This document shows, one piece after another, positions 30,571 through 41,043 of a stretch of DNA of 64,000 bases; within the stretch, counting starts at the first letter, position 1; every line of letters begins with the position of its first letter. The DNA lies in the NCBI GenBank assembly GCA_034189385.1, contig JAXHVD010000009.1, forward strand, positions 94,921 to 158,920, written 5' to 3'. A model generated the notes under the pieces. The model saw only the letters and a list, made by a program, of their open reading frames with translations, was not told the DNA's origin and searched no databases. This DNA comes from Thermodesulfobacteriota bacterium. GTDB taxonomy: Bacteria > Desulfobacterota > Desulfobacteria > Desulfobacterales > C00003060. A program made the position numbers and the translations under genes.

Positions 30571-31021
30571 CTAAGCTAGCCTCTTAGGGGCTCTTGCATC
30601 TTGGGATTGCTTCCGGCGTTGCATGTTGAGCAGGTCCTTCTCTCTTGCCAGACCCTTGCATGCCATTGAGCTCATAGCAAAGCCAGATCCACGACACAGT
30701 AGATCGATTTAGCAGGTTCAAAGAACTGAATGCTTGTGATCTTCTTACGAGCTCATCTGTCACAGATGCCCCTCATGCCCATTTCCAGGGCTCCCTTCTT
30801 GGTCATGTCAAGTCTAAATCGCCCACATCGGTCCTACGTTGTGGGAAATATTTTATCCCTTAGCTCTCAAATTCATGGGTAACACACTACACATTATGGA
30901 TAGATGTTTATCAATAAATTGTGACTTAGCATATCCTATTGAGAGGTGTGGCTCTCCCGGCGCATGGCGTAACTATTTGAAAATCAAACAATAAATAGAA
31001 CAATCTGCCTGTCAGAAACTT

Positions 31022-31037
31022 CGGCATAAATCTTGCT
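31022..31037 (+). promoter_or_regulatory. sigma54 (-24/-12) promoter
   Basis: CGGCAT-AAATC-TTGCT upstream of the PEP-CTERM gene, a typical pairing. Confidence 0.7.
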
Positions 31038-31129
31038 ATTTTGGGGAATAGACTCCGTTTCAAATAAAAACGCGCGAAAATAAAGAAAGAGAAGACCCTG
31101 TGCCAACAGGGTAACGAAGGAGCAAACAG

Positions 31130-31879
31130 ATGCAAAGACACTTTCTGTTATTTACAGCGTTAACCCTGCTAATGATTCCAGTGCTTGCCCATGCAACACT
31201 TATTACTGGCATAGCAACCAATGATGGGGACACAACAAAGGTGGGGGAGTACCGTGGGGAGGCGATTTGCTATTACAATCCCTTGGAGGGAGTACAAGAC
31301 GGGATCTATGGCGTCACCGGCTACCGTGACGGCATACTGGGTCTGGTCGCTGATACTGACTGGGCCCCCTTCTATGGTGAATTAATGCACATGTATGTCT
31401 ACCTGCCGGTGCCGGTGGGCGAGGTGGGCCGCACCATTACCGTGTGGGCTACCGATCTGGATTTGGAGCCCTATAATGATCCCGACAGGTTTTTTGAGGA
31501 GTGGACTATATACGATGCAGCAGGCGTTGGGTTGGGGCCGTTAGAGGCCACTTATACGGAAGTGGCCCAGCTGACGGCGCTCGGCAACGTTGATGTAGAC
31601 GACAGGGACACCAATGCGATCCGTTACACCTTCAAAAATCTGAACATCCAACCGGGCGGGGGCGATTACTGGCTCCACATGGGGTTTCGGGCGAAGACAG
31701 CGGACGACCTGACTGGCCGGTGGCGCAACACCGAAGAACGGCTGCTTGTAAAACTAGAGACTACAAGCCCCGTCCCTGAGCCGGCCACCATGCTCCTTTT
31801 TGGATCCGGGCTGGTTGGGCTGGCTGTCGCGGGGCGCAAGAGATGGCGGAGGAAAACGAAAGACCTGTTGCCTTGTTAG
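31130..31879 (+). CDS. PEP-CTERM sorting domain protein
   Basis: Signal peptide; C-terminal VPEPATMLLFGSGLVGLAVAGRKR. Confidence 0.93.
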   Translation: MQRHFLLFTALTLLMIPVLAHATLITGIATNDGDTTKVGEYRGEAICYYNPLEGVQDGIYGVTGYRDGILGLVADTDWAPFYGELMHMYVYLPVPVGEVGRTITVWATDLDLEPYNDPDRFFEEWTIYDAAGVGLGPLEATYTEVAQLTALGNVDVDDRDTNAIRYTFKNLNIQPGGGDYWLHMGFRAKTADDLTGRWRNTEERLLVKLETTSPVPEPATMLLFGSGLVGLAVAGRKRWRRKTKDLLPC

Positions 31880-32812
31880 ATGGTGGGGTATTCACAGAGA
31901 ATATGGAAAAAGGCTATCCACATCTAACAGACCGCTTGGGACCCCAGGATTTTGCATTTTTGGCCAAAGGGTCTTAGTCTAGAGCCTCTCTTTTTTACTA
32001 TTCGCTCTCCTTGCTCTAGAGATAGAGACGTCCCTGATATGGAAAGCTCCATGCCAACGGGGGAAAGTCAAAGATCCGTGGCTTTCCGCCCCTATTTCAA
32101 AACCGATTTCTCCTTGGCTGTTTGAGGCTCAGACAAGGAGCTCTAACTTCATCTTACTTTTCTGACGTTTGCCAGTATGTTTATTGCCCGTACCAGAGCA
32201 GAGCCATGGAATGAATTTTCTAGGGCAGTGATTCTTCATCCAAAAACCACCTAATTCCCATGCTAAAAACACGAATTCTGTGTGCGGGACCGCCCACTGG
32301 GAGGACAGAGTGGATAGGAATGATCTCGAGGGAAACCAGACCTCAGGTGGGGACACTCCACCATCGTGTGGGTTGGTTGTAATGGGCCCAAATTTTGATC
32401 ACCTGCCGAGGTGTCTTTTCTCAAAGGCCAATAGCTTGCAGAAGATCTGAAAAAAACACCACAGAAGAATCAGCAATTTAATTAGCTGATTCCATATCGA
32501 TTCCCTTGAATGCAGGGAGACCGAAAATCACAATCCCCCAGTCCCAGTAGAACCCCTTCCGGGAATGGCTTCTGGCGCAATAAGCACTGGCTCGAGCTCT
32601 TGATTCGACAACCCCGCCGCCTGGAAACACAGACGGCACCTGCCGCATCTTTCCAATACGCTGTAAGATTTTGAGCTTATTGTCGTATTGTTCCAATTCT
32701 GGTATGCATGCATGTTACCACGTCATGGGGTTTGGTCAAAGAGCGGATATTGCTCAATGTCGTTTGCCAAAGATCTTTTTCAAACCGTCATCGTTGGGTG
32801 AGGGGGAATTGG

Positions 32813-34072
32813 ATGGAAAAGCAGCGAAACACTATAAGATGTCCCCACTGTGGGGCCAAGATAGATGTCAATGACGTCATCTATCATCAGATCGAGGCCC
32901 ATCTTAAGGACAAATTCGACGCCGATCTTGCAAGGGAAAAAGAGAAGCTGGATGCAGAATGCTCTCGTCTTGAGGAAGAGAAACGAGGTGTTGAAAAAGA
33001 AAAGGGGAAGGTCAAGGAGGCGGTCGATAGGGGTATAAGAGACGGAATAGCAGCCGAGCGAAAAAAGCTCACAAGCCAACTCAGAAAAGAGCTTCAGGAT
33101 GAGACTTCTGCGCAAATGGCGTCCATGCAGGAAGAGTTGAACCGGAAGTCAGAACAGTTGAAGGGGTTTAACGAGGCCAAGTCGGAGATCGAGCGTCTGA
33201 AACGGGAAAAAGAAGAAGTTCAGAGTACTATTCAGGCCAAACTTGAAGCTCAGTTTAGCGGCAAGTTGAAAGAAGAGAAATCCAAGCTTCAAAAAGCCGA
33301 AGAGGAAAAGGTCCGCCTGAAGGTGGTAGAAAAGGACCAGGTCATCGAGCAATTGAAAACGCAGTTGCAGGAGGCCCAGCGAAAGGCAGAACAAGGCTCT
33401 ATGCAGCTTCAAGGAGAAGTGCAGGAACTGGCTATCGAACAATGGCTAAGAGAGAGATTTCCCCTCGACACCATAGAGGAAATCAAAAAGGGTGCCAGGG
33501 GTGGCGATTGCATTCAGATAGTGAATACTAGAAATGAGCGGCATTGCGGATCCATCTATTACGAAAGCAAAAGAACGAAGACCTTCCAGCTCACATGGAT
33601 TGAGAAATTTAAAACGGACATTCGCGAAAAGGGGGCCAATATTGGCGTCCTTATTACTGAAGCGATGCCTGCTGACATGAAAAGAATGGGCATGAAAGAG
33701 GGCATATGGATTTGTACCCTTGAAGAATTCAAGGGATTGTGTGTCGTTCTTCGGGAATCGGTCATTCAGATAAGCAATGCCGTGGCTACTCAGGAGAATA
33801 AGGGTGAGAAGATGGCCATGCTTTATGACTACCTGACAAGCAATGAATTCAGGCTTCAGATAGAGGCCATTGTCGAAGGCTTTGTGCAGATGAAGACGGA
33901 TCTAGATTCAGAAAAAAGGTCCATGCGGGGCATTTGGAAAAAGCGGGAAAAGCAGATTGACAAAGTCATCTTAAATACGAGCCACATGTACAGTTCCATC
34001 AAGGGCATTGCCGGTACAGCTATTCAGCCTGTCAAGCAACTGGAGCTTCCGGAAGGTGACATTGAAGAATAG
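32813..34072 (+). CDS. DUF2130-like coiled-coil protein
   Basis: IRCPHCG N-terminus, long coiled coil, QGSMQLQGEVQELAIE, IYYESKRTK. Confidence 0.85.
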   Translation: MEKQRNTIRCPHCGAKIDVNDVIYHQIEAHLKDKFDADLAREKEKLDAECSRLEEEKRGVEKEKGKVKEAVDRGIRDGIAAERKKLTSQLRKELQDETSAQMASMQEELNRKSEQLKGFNEAKSEIERLKREKEEVQSTIQAKLEAQFSGKLKEEKSKLQKAEEEKVRLKVVEKDQVIEQLKTQLQEAQRKAEQGSMQLQGEVQELAIEQWLRERFPLDTIEEIKKGARGGDCIQIVNTRNERHCGSIYYESKRTKTFQLTWIEKFKTDIREKGANIGVLITEAMPADMKRMGMKEGIWICTLEEFKGLCVVLRESVIQISNAVATQENKGEKMAMLYDYLTSNEFRLQIEAIVEGFVQMKTDLDSEKRSMRGIWKKREKQIDKVILNTSHMYSSIKGIAGTAIQPVKQLELPEGDIEE

Positions 34073-34121
34073 AAGGTCATGGAGCCGATCCGGTTTGCCT
34101 GGCAAGCTTGCCTCGAATCAC

Positions 34122-34240
34122 GTAAAACCAATTGAAATTATTGAAGATCTGTTCATTCTTGGCCGAGATTATCTAAATGGAAATCACTTTGTCTATAGGG
34201 GGAAGCCCCTGTCTTTATTAACGCAGCCTATATTTCCGAA
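34122..34240 (+). pseudogene. Possible N-terminal fragment of an MBL-fold hydrolase
   Basis: PIEIIEDLFILGRDYLNGNHFVYRG resembles the start of metallo-beta-lactamase-fold proteins; no HxHxDH follows. Confidence 0.35.
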
Positions 34241-34453
34241 ACAGAAAAGAAGGGGGCCTCATGATGAAGACAGGAAGGGTCATGCGCGCCTTGAAATAAG
34301 TGCTATGCAAATAACCATGCTTGTTATATGAGAGAGGGCTCGCAGCGTCTGATCAAGGGCTACCATCGTGTTGACGTAGACATCGAGCGACAGTGGCATC
34401 TTTGGGACGATACCGATGGCTGTGGCGAAAAAGGGATGAGGAGGGCATGGAGT

Positions 34454-35584
34454 ATGTCAGACAAGAAGGCAGACCTGGCCGGGCCGGGCATTGGCGACTA
34501 TGCTGAATTGGAAAAGAGACTGCCGCAAGGATATAGCTCCCTGCTGTCTCCAAGGGACACGCAGATTGCCATCTACGCAGCAAAAGACTACATTGAGGAG
34601 AACCTGTGCAAGGAACTGAACTTGATACGGGTTTCCGTTCCTCTTATCGTGGACGCTGAATGCGGTGTCAACGACATGCTGGACCGGGACGGCTCACGCA
34701 GTCCGATCGGTTTCCACATTTCAAATGACCATGGCAAGAACCCCATTGATGCCCAGGTGGTGCAGGCGGCAACTAAATGGAAGCGGATGGCATTAAAACA
34801 GTTCGGCATGGGCCTGGGAGAGGGGCTGCTAACGGACATGAGGGCTGTACGCAAGGACTACTTCTTGGACCACGATCACAGTGCCTACGTGGATCAGTGG
34901 GATTGGGAGTTGGCTATCTCTGAAGAGCAGCGTAGCCTGCAATTCCTAAGGGAAGTAGTAGAGAAGATATGGAAAGTTATCAAGGGCGCTGAAGCCCACG
35001 TACAAGACCTGTTTCCTCAACTGAAGACAGAGAAATACCCCAATCTCCCGGAACAGCTCACGTTCATACATGCAGAAGAGATGCTTGAGAGATACCCAGA
35101 CCTGCCCCGAAAGCGCCGGGAGACGACGACGGTAAAGGAGCTCAATGCTATCTTTATCTACGGGATCGGCTGGCCCCTTGAGGACGGCTACCCCCACGAA
35201 ATGAGGGCGGCAGACTATGATGACTGGGTCACAGAGACCACATCTGAAGACGGTAGACCCATGCACGGCATTAACGGTGACATTCTTGTCTGGAATCCGG
35301 TTACCGAGCGTCGTCATGAACTCACTTCCATGGGCATCCGTGTGAATGCCGAGACCCTTAAGAAGCAGTTAGAGATGAGCGGCCAGCTCGACTTTCTCAA
35401 GTTCCCATACCATCAGGCCATCATGAACAATGAGATCCCGCTGAGCATTGGTGGTGGCATCGGCCAGTCGCGGGTTTTCATGCTTCTGCTCAAGAAGGCC
35501 CACATTGGAGAGGTCAGTGTTACCGTGTGGCCCAAGATCTTCAAGGAGATGTGCAAGAAGAAGAACATCCATGTCATAGAATAA
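34454..35584 (+). CDS. asnA: Aspartate--ammonia ligase
   Basis: KWKR, HSAYVDQWDWE, RAADYDDW, SIGGGIGQSR. Confidence 0.93.
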   Translation: MSDKKADLAGPGIGDYAELEKRLPQGYSSLLSPRDTQIAIYAAKDYIEENLCKELNLIRVSVPLIVDAECGVNDMLDRDGSRSPIGFHISNDHGKNPIDAQVVQAATKWKRMALKQFGMGLGEGLLTDMRAVRKDYFLDHDHSAYVDQWDWELAISEEQRSLQFLREVVEKIWKVIKGAEAHVQDLFPQLKTEKYPNLPEQLTFIHAEEMLERYPDLPRKRRETTTVKELNAIFIYGIGWPLEDGYPHEMRAADYDDWVTETTSEDGRPMHGINGDILVWNPVTERRHELTSMGIRVNAETLKKQLEMSGQLDFLKFPYHQAIMNNEIPLSIGGGIGQSRVFMLLLKKAHIGEVSVTVWPKIFKEMCKKKNIHVIE

Positions 35585-35661
35585 TGATAGGTGCAAAGAA
35601 GGGGCGCTGGCGGCCGCTTTGACGGTTTGAAGCTTTCCCATCACCGGTGTTTGCCGAGACC

Positions 35662-36441
35662 ATGGAAATCCCCATTTACCAAATTGATGCCTTCTCAAGT
35701 GAGGTGTTTTCAGGTAACCCTGCTGCCGTCTGTCCTCTCAAGCAATGGTTGGATGATAGCGTGCTTCAGGCCATTGCCCAGGAGAACAATCTCTCTGAGA
35801 CAGCCTTCTTTGTTCCTGAGAGGGGTGACTATCTGCTCCGCTGGTTCACGCCCACTTCAGAGGTTGATCTGTGCGGGCACGCGACACTGGCTGCCGCCTT
35901 CGTAATTTTCAACTTCATCGATACGACGTCCAGTGAGGTGACCTTTCGTTCAAGAAGCGGGACGCTTCGAGTATTTCAGGATGGAAAGCGCCTGTCCATG
36001 GACTTCCCGTCGCAACCACCTGTGCCATGCGAGGCCCATGAGGATCTCGTCGACGGCCTGGGCAAAAGGCCGGCGGAGGTTCTGCGTTCAGAGGACTACC
36101 TTGCCGTGTTTGAAGCAAGTAGAGACATCTTCGAAGTTGAACCGGATATGAAGATCCTGAAGAGATTGGATTTGCGCGGGGTCATTATCACTGCCAAGGG
36201 GCAGGACGTGGACTTCTTGTCCCGCTTCTTTGCACCCAAGTACGGCGTTGATGAAGACCCTGTGACGGGATCGGCCCATTGCGCTCTAACGCCCTATTGG
36301 TCAAAGAGATTGGGAAAAAGGATGCTTCGGGCCCGTCAGGTTTCACAACGTGGTGGAATGTTGTATTGTACGGATTGCGGTGACAGAGTGGTTATATCTG
36401 GTCATGCGGTGAAGTTCATGGAAGGCACGGTCACGATATGA
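35662..36441 (+). CDS. PhzF family epimerase-like protein
   Basis: DAF..GNPAAV, SETAF, EVDLCGHATLA, EDPVTGSAH. Confidence 0.93.
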   Translation: MEIPIYQIDAFSSEVFSGNPAAVCPLKQWLDDSVLQAIAQENNLSETAFFVPERGDYLLRWFTPTSEVDLCGHATLAAAFVIFNFIDTTSSEVTFRSRSGTLRVFQDGKRLSMDFPSQPPVPCEAHEDLVDGLGKRPAEVLRSEDYLAVFEASRDIFEVEPDMKILKRLDLRGVIITAKGQDVDFLSRFFAPKYGVDEDPVTGSAHCALTPYWSKRLGKRMLRARQVSQRGGMLYCTDCGDRVVISGHAVKFMEGTVTI

Positions 36442-36538
36442 ACACCAAATTGCGGCATTGTATGTCTCATGGGACATTCTGTTTTCCCTTTAGCCGCGGC
36501 AGAAGCACGGTCGTCATAACAGCCATGGAATAAGGCAG

Positions 36539-36901
36539 ATGGATCGAGAGAAGCATAAATGGATCCGTGTGGGCAATGTCGAAAACTTTCCGGAAGGGGA
36601 AAAAGTCAAGAGGGTTGTTAACAGAAGGCCAATCCTTGTCCTTCGCCACAAAGACAGATGGCATGCCTTTGAGGCCCTCTGTCCCCACATGAGTCGATCT
36701 CTTCAAACTTCCCGGGTGGAAGGCAATGTCCTGGAATGCATATGGCACAATATGCGTTTTAACATAGAGACAGGGGCCATCTTGTATGAATCAGGTTTTA
36801 TCGGTATACCCAATCTCGAAATCTATGACATCAAAGTCAAGAAAGGAGAAGTCTATGTAAGGGATGAGGGTGAGCCCGGCTTCATGAGGCGATCCAACTG
36901 A
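36539..36901 (+). CDS. Rieske (2Fe-2S) ferredoxin
   Basis: CPH...CIWH motif. Confidence 0.88.
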   Translation: MDREKHKWIRVGNVENFPEGEKVKRVVNRRPILVLRHKDRWHAFEALCPHMSRSLQTSRVEGNVLECIWHNMRFNIETGAILYESGFIGIPNLEIYDIKVKKGEVYVRDEGEPGFMRRSN

Positions 36902-36902
36902 C

Positions 36903-37442
36903 TCACTCATCCTTAACTTCAGGGGATGGAGCGCCCTTTTTTAAGGTAGCATTGTAGGCTTCTACTTCTTCGTTAAAAGCTATCCTTCTCTTCTCATAGT
37001 CTTCCATCCGTTTGTTGAAATCTCTTATTCTCTCGGCAAGCTCTTCTCGTGCCGTTGGTGTAGATGGCTCACTTGCCGCCTTGTCCAGTTGCTCCCTTTC
37101 TTTCATGAGCAGTTGGTATTCTGCGTCTAACTCTATTCCTCTTTCTCTCAGGCTGGGCTGTTCCGTGCTGTCATCGCCTTGCCTTGCCACAGGCTTCTTT
37201 GAGGCCCCTTGGGGTTGGTTTTCTGTTTCGGCCTGTTTGTGTGGGCCAGATGAGCCCTGCAAGGTATCATATTCGTTGGCTTTTGGCCGCTCCTTTGCTG
37301 GAACATCGGACAGGTCGTCAGTGTAGTGAACATTGCCCTGTTCGTCCACATACCTGTAAAACTCAGCAGAAGCAATGGCGGGAAAGGCTGTCAGCATGAG
37401 TACAACTATGCATGCAATAAGCTTCATCATTTTCTTCTCCAT
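36903..37442 (-). CDS. DUF4124 domain protein
   Basis: Signal peptide followed by AEFYRYVDEQGNVHYTD. Confidence 0.85.
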   Translation of the reverse strand: MEKKMMKLIACIVVLMLTAFPAIASAEFYRYVDEQGNVHYTDDLSDVPAKERPKANEYDTLQGSSGPHKQAETENQPQGASKKPVARQGDDSTEQPSLRERGIELDAEYQLLMKEREQLDKAASEPSTPTAREELAERIRDFNKRMEDYEKRRIAFNEEVEAYNATLKKGAPSPEVKDE

Positions 37443-37563
37443 GAAGTCATTTACTTGATAGATGCGTAAGAATCCGTCATTCTAGTGAACTCCGTACCGG
37501 GATCCATGGCCGAGATCAAAATGGACGACTGGATTTTGGGCCTCAACCTTGCCTGGAAACAGC

Positions 37564-38211
37564 CTATTCCGCTTTCCAACCATGGTTTCCCACAAGTTTT
37601 ACAAATCGACAGCCTCCCAGATCGACCTGGTGGATTCCATCTTCATGCCTTACGATTCTCAGAAGTGTCTGGGAAAACCGATTGCCCACCGGTATGACCA
37701 AACGACCCCCCATTGTCAGCTGCTCAACATAGGCGTCGGGCACCTTTGGTGCGCCAGCCGTCACAATAATGGCCTCAAAAGGACTTTCCTCCGGCCAACC
37801 CAGGGTTCCGTCAGAGCACTTAGCAACGACATTGTGATACTTCAGTTCGTCAAGTCTCTTTCTCACCGAAATAAAGAGGGGGCGAACCCTTTCAATCGTG
37901 TAGACCCGGTAGGCCAACTCAGCCAGAATGGCTGTCTGGTAGCCAGAACCGGTGCCGATTTCAAGAACCCGATCGTCTTTTGTCAGTTCAAGGGCTTGGG
38001 TCATCTCAGCCACGATATATGGCTGGGAGATAGTCTGGCCCTCGCCAATGGGAAGGGGAAAGTCTCCGTACGCCTGATCCTGCAGTGCTTCGCTCACAAA
38101 CAGATGACGTGGGACTTTTCTCATGGCGTCCAGTACCCTTTGATCACGGACCCCTCGGGTCTGAATCTGTGTATCCACCATCTTTTCCCGAAGTCGCCTA
38201 AATTTCATCAT
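37564..38211 (-). CDS. pcm: Protein-L-isoaspartate O-methyltransferase
   Basis: [25 protein letters not shown]. Confidence 0.95.
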   Translation of the reverse strand: MMKFRRLREKMVDTQIQTRGVRDQRVLDAMRKVPRHLFVSEALQDQAYGDFPLPIGEGQTISQPYIVAEMTQALELTKDDRVLEIGTGSGYQTAILAELAYRVYTIERVRPLFISVRKRLDELKYHNVVAKCSDGTLGWPEESPFEAIIVTAGAPKVPDAYVEQLTMGGRLVIPVGNRFSQTLLRIVRHEDGIHQVDLGGCRFVKLVGNHGWKAE

Positions 38212-38316
38212 AGTCTGGCTGAAATAGTCTCTCCGTGGGCCCAGTGATCTTTCCTACAAGGGCCAGAGGGAGGGGGAGTGCGGTACTATATGCCATTGCA
38301 CACTTAAGAGAGGAGG

Positions 38317-38892
38317 TCATTGTGAAAAACCCTCAAACACAACCCGGTCGGGCCTGCGTTTCGGTACCGGCGGAGATTGATCAGGGTATCCCATTGGTAT
38401 AACTGCTACAAGGGTCTTATTGCCAACGCCAAGGAACTCATTGATCTGTTGGGCTACATGCACCGGACCTGTCATCCAGCAAGCGCCTAATCCCTCTGCG
38501 TGGGCCGCCAAGAGGAGATTCTGAATGGCTGCGGCTACGGTCTGGATGCTCGTCTCAGGCCGTTCTCTTGAAGGCTCGTAATAGGCACAGACAACGACCG
38601 GGGCGCCCCCGAGTCGTTTGAAGAAATTCTTCGTAAAGTCCACGACCCCCGGTTTTTCAGCAAAGACCTCTTTAAGAACAGGGCCAACATGGACATAGCT
38701 TTTGCTTGCTATGTCAACAAGGGCATCTTTTCGTTTTCCGCCAATAACCACAAAATACCAGTTCTGCAAATTCATGCCAGAAGGTGCCCACGTGGCCATT
38801 GCCAGGATCCTTTCAAGGATCACGTTGGGGATGGGATCTGGTTTGAACTTCCGAATACTCCTGCGTCCTTTAATCGCTTCATAGAGATCCAC
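38317..38892 (-). CDS. Nitroreductase family protein
   Basis: RRSIRKF, APSGMNLQ, QNLLLAAHAEGLGACW. Confidence 0.92.
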   Translation of the reverse strand: MDLYEAIKGRRSIRKFKPDPIPNVILERILAMATWAPSGMNLQNWYFVVIGGKRKDALVDIASKSYVHVGPVLKEVFAEKPGVVDFTKNFFKRLGGAPVVVCAYYEPSRERPETSIQTVAAAIQNLLLAAHAEGLGACWMTGPVHVAQQINEFLGVGNKTLVAVIPMGYPDQSPPVPKRRPDRVVFEGFSQ

Positions 38893-39174
38893 GGTTAGCT
38901 CCTTTTTCTATGTGCCTGAACGCTCACTCAGATACTCACCTATATAAGAGCCTTGAATTTGAGGGCCATTGGGGCTGGCAGTCGAACGCTGGCAGGAAAA
39001 TACCAAAATGCCCGGAAAAAACCTATCAGAACGAGGACTTGGAGTCAAGGCAAAGGATCTTTCCGGTTTACCTGATAGGACAGTTATGGTATTTATCAAA
39101 GGAGCTTGTGCTAGGATTCTGTGGGTAGCGCTGCTAATCTCATGGTTCCGGTTTGTCCGGGTTAGGAGGGCGAC

Positions 39175-39978
39175 ATGTCGTTTAAGGAGAACCTGAAAAG
39201 GAAAATGCTCATAGACAGTCTGACAAGGACCGCCTCCCAGTCCGTTGGCGCGCCTGGGGTTCATCGCAAAGTGGACAAAGAAACCATACGAAAACTCCTT
39301 TCCCTAAGTCCCTTTATCTTTGAAAAAAGAAGGGATCTGGATCTCTACTTTCGAGAGTTGGAACCCGGTCTAGGAGAGATCCTAGTGCTGGATAACGAGC
39401 TACCCCTGTACGGAAAGACCACGCTTGACGATGTGGCACTGCGCAGGAGCCCTGAACTAAAAGAGATGGTCAACATTAGGAACGTCATCAAAATCTTGAA
39501 GGATTCTGACATCCTTATGTGTAAAGGCCGAGAGGCCCTCCGCTATGTGCAGGATCGCGCCTTGGAACTCCTGGATCTTCGCTATGAGCCGAAAGACATA
39601 GAGGAGATGGCCGATGAAGGGCTTGAGGCTATTGCCAGAGTTGACTCTGAGGCCGTTATGGAAGCCCTGGACCTCTTTGTGGAAATCTTGGGCTACGAAC
39701 CTGTGCCGGCAGAGGTGCTCGTAAATGACTATATCATGTTCGGTGCGTGCCAAAAGGACGAAAGGGGCAAGGAATTATGGGGCCCCATTGTCATGTACAA
39801 CGACAGGACGAACACCATTCGTGGCATAAAACGACCCATGGCGTCAGACGATCCAGTCGAAAGGGATATGATCGCAAGAGTTGCCCTGGGAGAGATCGAG
39901 GCGGACGCAGAAGAGTTCTCAGTTTTTCCCTTCTTGAAAGAGGAGGTTCTGAAGAAAAAGCAGCCAACAGTGCACTAG
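39175..39978 (+). CDS. Hypothetical protein
   Basis: Long ORF with AGGAGG RBS; no recognised motif. Confidence 0.75.
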   Translation: MSFKENLKRKMLIDSLTRTASQSVGAPGVHRKVDKETIRKLLSLSPFIFEKRRDLDLYFRELEPGLGEILVLDNELPLYGKTTLDDVALRRSPELKEMVNIRNVIKILKDSDILMCKGREALRYVQDRALELLDLRYEPKDIEEMADEGLEAIARVDSEAVMEALDLFVEILGYEPVPAEVLVNDYIMFGACQKDERGKELWGPIVMYNDRTNTIRGIKRPMASDDPVERDMIARVALGEIEADAEEFSVFPFLKEEVLKKKQPTVH

Positions 39979-40030
39979 GGGGTCCCGACAAGTCGAAATT
40001 CCCCTCTTGTCCTACCCCCTGTAGAGTGCC

Positions 40031-40103
40031 CAACGAGCAGTATCGAATGTCCAAGTGGAGATTATTTAGAATTCTGCCATTCCTTGTTCGACATTCAAAA
40101 TTC
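40031..40103. repeat. Degenerate palindromic intergenic repeat
   Basis: gaatgtccaa (40045) / ttcgacattc (40087) inverted pair plus flanking complementary arms. Confidence 0.4.
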
Positions 40104-40194
40104 TTCTGACTGCTTGGAACCACCGCCCATCATGGCCGAGATGTATACAAAAAGGGGCGGGGATTTGGTGTGTCCTTAGAAACGTTCCAGGAAG

Positions 40195-40863
40195 ATGAGT
40201 GAATACAATCAGGAACAGCTAGAGGCCATTGTCACAGTGCGGCGCCACCTGGAGATGCTTTCCCCTTCTGAATTGAAGGATCTGAAGGCAAGGATAGAGA
40301 GCTACCTTGGTTTCAGGAGGGACGTTGACCGTTTCATGGAACACTACTTTTCGGCAGTATGCACTCAAATGTGCTATCAGGACCGTTACAGCGCCTGCTG
40401 CAACCGCGAAGGGATTATCACCTTCTTTGTTGATGTGGTGATTAACCTCTTGATGTCTGAAGAGGAAGACGTTGACCGCCTACTGGGTGTCCTTCGTGAG
40501 CCAAAGGCTGGTGCAAAGTGTGTCTATCTCGGCAAGGCGGGCTGCTTGTGGCGTCTAAAACCGATTGTCTGTCAGATGTTTCTTTGTGAACGTGCCAGAA
40601 AGACCGTATTTAGCGATGCCCCTGATGCGTTGAAAGCGTGGGAAGAATTGAAACAAAGAGAAAAGAGATACACCTGGCCCGATCGGGCGGTCCTTTTCGA
40701 TGAACTGGAGGCATATTTCATGGCAAGGGGATGTTTCTCCAGCCTCATGTATTGTCACACCAGCCCGGGGCTCTTGCGGGTGAAGGCTCTAGCCCAAAGG
40801 GGTGGGAAAACTGCGAAGGCCCCACGTCTTAGAGACGAAACTGCTTGGAAATCTGAGCGCTGA
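40195..40863 (+). CDS. Cys-cluster hypothetical protein (YkgJ-like Zn/Fe-chelating)
   Basis: CTQMC..SACC, CVYL...GC....KPIVC..FLC. Confidence 0.7.
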   Translation: MSEYNQEQLEAIVTVRRHLEMLSPSELKDLKARIESYLGFRRDVDRFMEHYFSAVCTQMCYQDRYSACCNREGIITFFVDVVINLLMSEEEDVDRLLGVLREPKAGAKCVYLGKAGCLWRLKPIVCQMFLCERARKTVFSDAPDALKAWEELKQREKRYTWPDRAVLFDELEAYFMARGCFSSLMYCHTSPGLLRVKALAQRGGKTAKAPRLRDETAWKSER

Positions 40864-40868
40864 GTTCT

Positions 40869-41002
40869 GAGACCTTTATCACAACCCCTTCTCACTTGGT
40901 TCTGTAGGCCTTTTGATCCGCTAGGGCGGGCCGCTCACCTCAGCCCGACGGGTGCCCCAAAAAGCCCACAATGAACGTTTCAAAGGGTTATGCAAAGGTC
41001 TC
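40869..41002. mobile_element. Non-autonomous MITE with IS5/IS1106-like ends
   Basis: GAGACCTTT...TGCAAAGGTCTC terminal inverted repeats; shares subterminal blocks with 44677-44874. Confidence 0.7.
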
Positions 41003-41043
41003 TTTCTATATGGCGTCCAAGACAAAAGAACTGGGAAAATTGG

